From Promethearchaeota archaeon (GTDB taxonomy: Archaea; Asgardarchaeota; Lokiarchaeia; Sigyniarchaeales; SOKP01), in contig JBHLON010000068.1 in assembly GCA_048940445.1 (NCBI GenBank), positions 1-11,417 of the forward strand: a stretch of DNA of 11,417 bases, read 5' to 3'. Below the pieces are notes generated by a model, which was not told the origin of the DNA, searched no databases, and saw only the letters and a list, made by a program, of their open reading frames with translations. The stretch's first letter is position 1. Each line of letters opens with the position of its first letter. The position numbers were made by a program, and so were the translations under genes. Below are positions 5,205 to 11,417 of the stretch, in pieces.

Positions 5205-6362
5205 TTAAATCTTTAGTATCTCATAGATTTGGCCATCAGATGCACAAAAGTATAATTCATTATTATCGTCAATTCCAAAGGAAGTAATTCCTAAATTAGT
5301 ATCTACTAGGATAGTATTGTTAGTATGATGTATTCCATCATATTCTAAAGCCCAAATTTGACCGAATTCGAAATCTGCATATATATACTTTCCAATTAAA
5401 TTTGGAAATTGGGAACCTCTATATACAAATCCTCCTGTAATAGAATGCCCGACACCGTGGTTGTATTCAAAAATTGGAAAGTCAACTTTAGTCACATTTG
5501 TGCCAAAATTATAAACATGATTCCCCTCAAACGCATTCCATCCATAATTTTTACCACTTTCTATTATATCTATCTCTTCCCATGCATCTTGACCAACATC
5601 TGCTGCCCAAAGTATACCTAGATCAAAACTAAAACGCCATGGATTTCGCAATCCGAATGCGAATATTTCTTCTTTATAGCCATCTGAATTATTGTAAAAA
5701 GGGTTATCGGTGGGGATAGTATATGGATCGCCATTATCGATATCAATTCTTAATATTGATCCTAATAAAGTTTCTCGATTTTGACCATTCCCCAATGGAT
5801 CACCAGCAGAACCTCCATCACCTAGAGCAATATATAAGTATCCATCTGGACCAAAAACAATTTGACCTCCATTATGATTAGAGTATGGTTGATTAACTTC
5901 GAGAAGAATTTTCTCGCTTGATTTATTCGCGATAGTGTTGTCTGAGTTATTAACCTTAAATCGGGAAATTATGGTGTTCCCTGCCAAGTTTGTGTAATCT
6001 AAAAAGAAGAATCCATTTTCACTAAAATTAGGATGAAAAGCTAGACCTAATAATCCTCGTTCTCCTCCACTTGATACGTGATCACTAATATCTAAAAATA
6101 AATTCTTTTGGGTATCATAATAATTATTATTAAAAGTATATATTTTACCTCCTAGTTCTAGAACAAAAAGTCTATTAGAATCATCATTTGTGTCATAAAT
6201 ACCAACAGGGAATGAAAAGCTTAATTCTGGAAAAGCAGTTCTAATATCATAGCCAAACGTTCTTGTAGTATTGAAATAGATATACCACGCAATAAATATA
6301 CCTGAAACACTAGAAATTAAAATCACAGATCCAATAATTATCCCTTTAAACTTCTTTTTCAT
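5205..6362 (-). CDS. PQQ-dependent glucose/sorbosone dehydrogenase family (GSDH beta-propeller), N-terminal membrane anchor
   Basis: GERGLLGLAFHP, NHNGGQIVFGPDGYLYIALGDGG, GSILRID, GLRNPWRFSFD, DVGQDAWEEID, NYGW, SITGGFVYRG; MKKK plus a hydrophobic N-terminal helix. Confidence 0.95.
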   Translation of the reverse strand: MKKKFKGIIIGSVILISSVSGIFIAWYIYFNTTRTFGYDIRTAFPELSFSFPVGIYDTNDDSNRLFVLELGGKIYTFNNNYYDTQKNLFLDISDHVSSGGERGLLGLAFHPNFSENGFFFLDYTNLAGNTIISRFKVNNSDNTIANKSSEKILLEVNQPYSNHNGGQIVFGPDGYLYIALGDGGSAGDPLGNGQNRETLLGSILRIDIDNGDPYTIPTDNPFYNNSDGYKEEIFAFGLRNPWRFSFDLGILWAADVGQDAWEEIDIIESGKNYGWNAFEGNHVYNFGTNVTKVDFPIFEYNHGVGHSITGGFVYRGSQFPNLIGKYIYADFEFGQIWALEYDGIHHTNNTILVDTNLGITSFGIDDNNELYFCASDGQIYEILKI

Positions 6363-6587
6363 TAAATACCCTTAGCATATAGTTTCTTGGTTAAAAGAGA
6401 AGCAAAAATTGTATTTTTATCTTTTATCTATGATTAAAAAATAAATCGTCATTTACTATTATATTTTAAAGTGAATTTATGAAAATTAGTTCCATATTAA
6501 AGACAAAAATGGAAGTGAATTTTTATAATAAGAACTTCTATTCTAATAAAATTCTAATTCTCATAAAATCAATAAAAAGTGATTAAG

Positions 6588-6662
6588 ATGGGAGATTTTA
6601 AAAAAACGAAAAAAGTCTTTGGAATTGTTTGGATAATAGGGTTAGTATTCTTATGGCTTTAG
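6588..6662 (+). CDS. Possible 24-aa single-TM microprotein or gene remnant (MGDFKKTKKVFGIVWIIGLVFLWL)
   Basis: Manual translation; basic N-terminus then a hydrophobic stretch; SD-like AGTGAT just upstream; lies in an otherwise empty 450-bp gap. Confidence 0.3.
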   Translation: MGDFKKTKKVFGIVWIIGLVFLWL

Positions 6663-6814
6663 GATACTTTATATTAATGAGAAAAAGAGAGATAAAAAAT
6701 AACTATGCTGATATTATATTTATTCACTTTTTTTTCCATAAAGGATATAATTAAAATATAGATTTTAGATAAATGTAAATAAAAGTTTAAAATCAAAACT
6801 AATTGGCTGCATTG

Positions 6815-8185
6815 ATGAAAACACAATTAAAAATTCTATTTCCCTTAATAATTTTTACAGTAATATTTCTCTCTTTTACACAAAATTTTAAAAATCTTAA
6901 TATAGATACAGATATCTTCCATTACAATTCCCAATATAATATAAATTATTCTAATCTTGAAAACTTGAGAAGTTCAGCTATATGGGGTAAAATCCATATT
7001 AAAAATAACTGGACAGCTACTAAGGAGGCGGGAATATGTACTGGAAATGGCACTTTTACTGATCCATACATCATACAGGATTTAATAATAGATGGAGGAA
7101 ATCTAGGAAATTGTATTAAGATTGAAAATTCCAGTGTTTATTTTAAAATTGAAAATTGTACATTTTACAATTCAGGAGGAATCTATGGTAATGCAGGAAT
7201 CTTTTTATCTAATGTTAATAATTCCCAATTAATTAATAACAATTGCTCGTTTAATTTTCATGGAATGTTTTTATCTGATTGTTATAATAATACCGTTTTG
7301 GGTAACATCTTAGATAAAAATAACTGGGGTATTAATTCTTTCTCCGGTATTAATAATAATTTCTCACAAAATACTATTAATAACAGTCTTTGGGACGGTA
7401 TAAATTTATTTAATGCTCAATTTGCATATATTTCAGACAATAACATAATTGGCAATATAGATGGAATTGGTTTATTATTGGGTTTTAATAATACCATTTA
7501 TGCTAATACAGTTAATAAAAATGAGATCGGACTTTATATCGATAGTCTCAACAATATTATTTCAGGAAATATAGCTATTAATAATGATATGCATGGTATC
7601 TTATTATATGGCGAGAATGATATCATTTCTGGAAACACAGCGAATTATAATGGAGACAGCGGGATAGTATTATCAAATTGTAATAAAAGCAAAATTATCG
7701 GGAATATTGCAAATTACAATACCAATTGGGGGATAGCTTTAAGCACTGGTAATAATAACAGCATATTGGTTAATAATTTAAGTAATAATGATGCAGGAAT
7801 ATACTTAGAATTTGCTAATCAAAATAATTTATCGGGCAACTTTGCAAATACTAATAATGGATATGGAATCTTCTTAACTTTTAGTGATTCGAATATAATT
7901 TCGGGAAATACTGCTAATAACAATAAATATGGCATATTTTTACATATTAGTGACAATAATATTATTTCCGGAAACACCTTAATAGGTAATATAGAATGCA
8001 TTTTTGAAGAGAATTGTCAAGGAAATAAATTTAGTGATAACGGTGATTGTATTTATGGGCAAAGTGGAAATGGTAGATTTCCTATTGAAGTATTATTATC
8101 CTCTATATTTATTGGAGTAGGGATTTTGATAAGCATAGTTCTTATTTTCTACATTGTCAATAAACGGAAAAGAATAAAACAATAA
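6815..8185 (+). CDS. NosD/CASH right-handed parallel beta-helix cell-surface protein, paralogue 1
   Basis: N-terminal signal/TM; GNGTxxDPYII motif; 22-23 aa coils (SGNTANNNxYGIxL..SxxNxI); C-terminal TM plus basic tail; many N-x-S/T sequons. The ORF track starts at TTG 6803; ATG 6815 is more likely. Confidence 0.92.
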   Translation: MKTQLKILFPLIIFTVIFLSFTQNFKNLNIDTDIFHYNSQYNINYSNLENLRSSAIWGKIHIKNNWTATKEAGICTGNGTFTDPYIIQDLIIDGGNLGNCIKIENSSVYFKIENCTFYNSGGIYGNAGIFLSNVNNSQLINNNCSFNFHGMFLSDCYNNTVLGNILDKNNWGINSFSGINNNFSQNTINNSLWDGINLFNAQFAYISDNNIIGNIDGIGLLLGFNNTIYANTVNKNEIGLYIDSLNNIISGNIAINNDMHGILLYGENDIISGNTANYNGDSGIVLSNCNKSKIIGNIANYNTNWGIALSTGNNNSILVNNLSNNDAGIYLEFANQNNLSGNFANTNNGYGIFLTFSDSNIISGNTANNNKYGIFLHISDNNIISGNTLIGNIECIFEENCQGNKFSDNGDCIYGQSGNGRFPIEVLLSSIFIGVGILISIVLIFYIVNKRKRIKQ

Positions 8186-8199
8186 AGCAATCATAAAAT

Positions 8200-9591
8200 A
8201 TGAAACAAATCAAATTAAAATTTACAACAATTCTAATCTTTATATTATTAACTTTAGGGATTATATTCTCCACTTTTACTCTAACTATTAAATTTAATGG
8301 CGCGATTTTCTCTCAAAGTTTAAAAAGTGATAAGAATCTCTCATATAATGAAAATTTGAAAAGTTCGGTTATATGGGGAAAAATTCATATTGATAATAAT
8401 TGGTCAGATGCGGAGATCATGGGTATATGTACCGGAAATGGTACTCCTAATGATCCATACATTATGAAAGATTTAGTAATAGATGGGGGAAATCTAGGAA
8501 CTTGTATCTTGATAGAAAATTCAAGAGCATACTTTAAAATTGAAAACTGTACATTTTATCATTCGGGCTATGTAGGAGGACCTGATTATATGGTGGGGAT
8601 CACATTATCTAACGTTACTAACTCTCTATTGATTAGTAACAATTGTTCAAATAATTTTTATGGGATTAGTTTATACAATAGTCATTATAACCAAATTATG
8701 GACAACATGGTAACCAATAACCAATTAGGAATAGATTTAGAAAGCTGTGATAATATAACTATCTCGAGAAATAGAGCAGATAATAATTCGGTTGGAATAA
8801 ATGTCTTCGATGGTCAGAACTTTAACATTTCAGGAAATACAGCAAATAATAATTCTAGATACGGGATTTATTTAAGGTCTAGTAGTAATAATATCATTTC
8901 GGAAAACACGGCGAATAATAATACTGCATTTGGGATATATTTAAGGAATAGTCTTTATGATGATATTTCCAAAAATACAGCAAATTATAATGTAGTGTAT
9001 GGAATTTACGTAAGAAACAGTAGGTATAATAATCTCTCGAAAAATACTGCAAACTGCAATTTAGTACATGGAATACTATTACAAGATTGTAGATATGGTG
9101 ATATTATGGACAATAACGCAAGTTTTAACATCTCCTGGGGGATAGGGTTATCTACTAGTAATAATACCAACTTTCAAGGAAACTGTGCTAATAATAATGA
9201 TGTTGGACTAAATTTACAATTTAATTATAATAATCTTATTTCTGGAAACAGAGCAAATTTTAATCATCATTATGGGATTTATTTATATTATGGTGATTCG
9301 AATACAATTTCGGGAAATACAGCTAATAACAACATTTATGGAATTTTTCTACAACGAAGTGATACCAATATTATTTCAGGAAACATTCTTTTAGGAAATA
9401 CTAAATGTATCTTTGAGGAAGATTGTCAAGGAAATGAATTTAGCGACAATGGTGCTTGTACTTATGGAGAAGGTGAAGATGGTCAAAATAATATTGATAT
9501 TTTCATTGTCATTTTGAATATTGAAATAGGTATTTTGGTCATTGCTTTAGTTATTCTGACAATTATTTCTAAGAGGAAAGGTAAAAAATAA
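8200..9591 (+). CDS. NosD/CASH right-handed parallel beta-helix cell-surface protein, paralogue 2
   Basis: Same architecture; shares IWGKIHIxNNW, GICTGNGTxxDPYI, YFKIENCTFY and CIFEExCQGNxFSDNGxCxYG with paralogue 1; starts 14 nt after it. Confidence 0.93.
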   Translation: MKQIKLKFTTILIFILLTLGIIFSTFTLTIKFNGAIFSQSLKSDKNLSYNENLKSSVIWGKIHIDNNWSDAEIMGICTGNGTPNDPYIMKDLVIDGGNLGTCILIENSRAYFKIENCTFYHSGYVGGPDYMVGITLSNVTNSLLISNNCSNNFYGISLYNSHYNQIMDNMVTNNQLGIDLESCDNITISRNRADNNSVGINVFDGQNFNISGNTANNNSRYGIYLRSSSNNIISENTANNNTAFGIYLRNSLYDDISKNTANYNVVYGIYVRNSRYNNLSKNTANCNLVHGILLQDCRYGDIMDNNASFNISWGIGLSTSNNTNFQGNCANNNDVGLNLQFNYNNLISGNRANFNHHYGIYLYYGDSNTISGNTANNNIYGIFLQRSDTNIISGNILLGNTKCIFEEDCQGNEFSDNGACTYGEGEDGQNNIDIFIVILNIEIGILVIALVILTIISKRKGKK

Positions 9592-9707
9592 TAAACCCTG
9601 ATTTTTTATTTTAATAGCATTTTAGATATGTTTACTAAATGTTTTTTTAACATATTATAATCTAATTTATACTTTAATGAAAGTATTAGTTATGTACCTT
9701 ACTTAAA

Positions 9708-10319
9708 ATGAAGACTTTACTTATTTTACGACTTAAAAAGGTTATAGTTTTTGACCTAGATGGAACAATAGTAGAATTAACTGCTGATTGGCATGGACTG
9801 ATAGAATTTCTAAGGAAGCGTTATTCAGAACGTTATAACGAAGAATGTAATTGCAAAAGAGTTTCATCCTATTTAACTAAGATTATTGAAAAAAAAGATG
9901 AGGAAGAACTTAGAAAAAGCTTTGAAATTATCAGAAAGTATGAATTAGAGAATATTAAGCAAACTATCCCAATTGATGAAATCATATACTTTATTAACAA
10001 TTTAGGCTTCTTTGGAATAAGGAAAGACACAAAGTTAGCAATCCTCTCTTTGAATACCCATAAAACTATAATAGAATCTTTAAAGTTAATTAATTTGGAA
10101 CAAAAAATAGATTATATAGTTGGAAGGGAAGATGTAAGGAAGTGGAAGCCCCATCCAGAAGGTTTAATGAAAATCAAAAACTTTTTTGGAGTTTCAAAAG
10201 AAGAAGTGGTGTTTATAGGAGATTTAGATAATGATTTACTTACTGGTCAGAATATGGGTATAGATTCCTTTCTAGTTGATGATTTAATAAAACTGGTAAA
10301 AGAATCAAAAATGAAATAA
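9708..10319 (+). CDS. HAD-superfamily hydrolase (subfamily IA, phosphoglycolate-phosphatase-like)
   Basis: Motif I FDLDGT, motif II ILSLN, motif III KPHPEG, motif IV FIGDLDND. Confidence 0.93.
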   Translation: MKTLLILRLKKVIVFDLDGTIVELTADWHGLIEFLRKRYSERYNEECNCKRVSSYLTKIIEKKDEEELRKSFEIIRKYELENIKQTIPIDEIIYFINNLGFFGIRKDTKLAILSLNTHKTIIESLKLINLEQKIDYIVGREDVRKWKPHPEGLMKIKNFFGVSKEEVVFIGDLDNDLLTGQNMGIDSFLVDDLIKLVKESKMK

Positions 10320-10322
10320 GAT

Positions 10323-11153
10323 TTAACCTCTATCTGGACCAGCAATTGCGATCACTCCCTCAGTTTGATTGTATCCTTTTCCATGTATCATCCTAATTGA
10401 ATAAAAATATTCATTTAGATTAAACTCAGAAGCTAATCTTAATGATAATTGATTTTTTTCCAGCATTCCAATACGAATTCTTTTGTACTCAATTTTATTA
10501 ATTAAATTTTGAAGAAGTAAATGAGGTTTAGATTCTTTAGGATCGATTATCCAAGGTCCAATGAAGATACAATCCTCTTTTGGAATTCCCATTATAAAGC
10601 CTTTCAATTTGTTTTGTTGATTTAAAACATAGCATAAATCGGGATGAAGCAAAAATCTCCTTTTTAATAGGAAGGATCTATTTCCCCTAAAATATTTCCG
10701 ATCTAATTTGACTACTCGCATTAAATCTTTTTTAGTCATTAATTGTACATACTCAACAATTTTTAGATGCAATTTTCCTTCTAATCTAAGTGAGCGGCAA
10801 ACTGGCCTAAATTTGAATTCCTCATAAAGAGGACATATTTCTGGAACAGCATCTAGCATAATAGATTTTACCCCTAATGATAATAGATATTTCATTGCAT
10901 GTTTGATTAGCTTTCTTCCTATTCCTTGATTTCTAAATTGTTCTAAGACAATTAAATTTCCGATAAATCCAAATCTGCCATAATTCGCGGTTGAGATAAT
11001 TCCTTCGAGAGTTCCATTAGAATCTGAAATAAAGAATCCTTCAGGAGAAAATAAGAAGAGATCTTCTAATTCTTCCCTAGAAGTACCCCAACCTTCAAGT
11101 TCTGTAAGCTTAAGAGCAAAATCTAATTCATTAGATAAAAGATTTCTAATCAT
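10323..11153 (-). CDS. GNAT family N-acetyltransferase (two-domain, YitH-like C-terminal half)
   Basis: Motif A FIGNLIVLEQFRNQGIGRKLI, LDA...PLYEEFKF; second domain LDRKYFRGNRS...IGPW; C-terminal GPDRG. Confidence 0.92.
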   Translation of the reverse strand: MIRNLLSNELDFALKLTELEGWGTSREELEDLFLFSPEGFFISDSNGTLEGIISTANYGRFGFIGNLIVLEQFRNQGIGRKLIKHAMKYLLSLGVKSIMLDAVPEICPLYEEFKFRPVCRSLRLEGKLHLKIVEYVQLMTKKDLMRVVKLDRKYFRGNRSFLLKRRFLLHPDLCYVLNQQNKLKGFIMGIPKEDCIFIGPWIIDPKESKPHLLLQNLINKIEYKRIRIGMLEKNQLSLRLASEFNLNEYFYSIRMIHGKGYNQTEGVIAIAGPDRG

Positions 11154-11207
11154 AATTTAATGAAATATATTTTAGGTGATTTTGGAAGAAAAAATACGAT
11201 GAGTAAA

Positions 11208-11417
11208 TTACATATATGTTATTATTACATTATATTTTTTGATATCTGATTCTACTTTTGCCTTTCCTAGCGGTGTTAATGTAACTATATCATTATTTCT
11301 TATTTTTAAAGAAGTTAATTTAAGGTTAGGGTCTTTCATTGAAGGAATATATGGATTCCAATATATTTCTTTTGAAGCAGGATTAGTAATCATCCACAAG
11401 ATTGGCTCTAAGGAATG
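11208..11417 (-). CDS. 3' end (69 aa) of a gene entering from the right edge; resembles the C-terminal ubiquitin-fold domain of E1 enzymes (tentative)
   Basis: The frame is open to the window edge: HSLEPILWMITNPASKEIYWNPYIPSMKDPNLKLTSLKIRNNDIVTLTPLGKAKVESDIKKYNVIITYM*. The TTG start in the ORF track is probably internal. Coding is likely; the product call is by motif resemblance only. Confidence 0.55.
   Translation of the reverse strand, partial: HSLEPILWMITNPASKEIYWNPYIPSMKDPNLKLTSLKIRNNDIVTLTPLGKAKVESDIKKYNVIITYM

Noticed and set aside
5409-5621. 70-aa plus-strand ORF
   Set aside because: Lies wholly antisense within the GSDH gene; no motifs.
7819-8001. 60-aa minus-strand ORF
   Set aside because: Antisense to the beta-helix repeats; its periodicity only mirrors those coils.
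8070-8185. Loki-CTERM/PGF-CTERM sorting signal on the beta-helix proteins
   Set aside because: TM and basic tail are present, but neither paralogue has a PG(F/Y)-type motif before the helix.
8820-9400. 66-69 bp periodic repeats as CRISPR or DGR repeats
   Set aside because: They are degenerate in-frame protein coils with no identical repeats or spacers, no adenine-only variant pair, and no reverse transcriptase or cas gene in the window.
11208-11417. Fragment as a free ubiquitin-like modifier
   Set aside because: No C-terminal Gly-Gly and an extra strand follows, which fits an integral ubiquitin-fold domain better.
1-11417. Selenocysteine/pyrrolysine read-through
   Set aside because: The recognised genes end in TAA/TAG at family-appropriate lengths, and I saw no in-frame TGA interrupting a conserved domain.

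Overview
AT-rich archaeal window, most likely Asgard (Lokiarchaeia-like). This is inferred from a C1:G72 intron-containing tRNA-Tyr, GGTGA-type ribosome-binding sites, a eukaryote-type E2, a PDCD5 homologue and tandem membrane-anchored beta-helix surface proteins. Left to right: N-terminal part of a class I HDAC/AcuC-like deacetylase (running off the window, absent from the ORF track); a hypothetical protein; a Gfo/Idh/MocA oxidoreductase coupled to a PDCD5-like gene; two duplicated C4 zinc-finger/2-TM genes (one frameshifted) just downstream of a tRNA-Tyr(GTA) with two introns (37/38, 59/60) and an unusual C54; a ubiquitin-conjugating E2 with two insertions around its catalytic Cys; a small membrane protein; a membrane-anchored PQQ-type sugar dehydrogenase; a possible 24-aa membrane peptide; two NosD/CASH beta-helix paralogues; a HAD hydrolase; a tandem GNAT; and the C-terminal 69 aa of a gene resembling the ubiquitin-fold domain of E1 enzymes. 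Best leads: the E2 loop architecture with the possible E1 end, the two-intron/C54 tRNA, and the tRNA-anchored duplicated cassette. All comparisons to known proteins are from memory of the families, not from searches.
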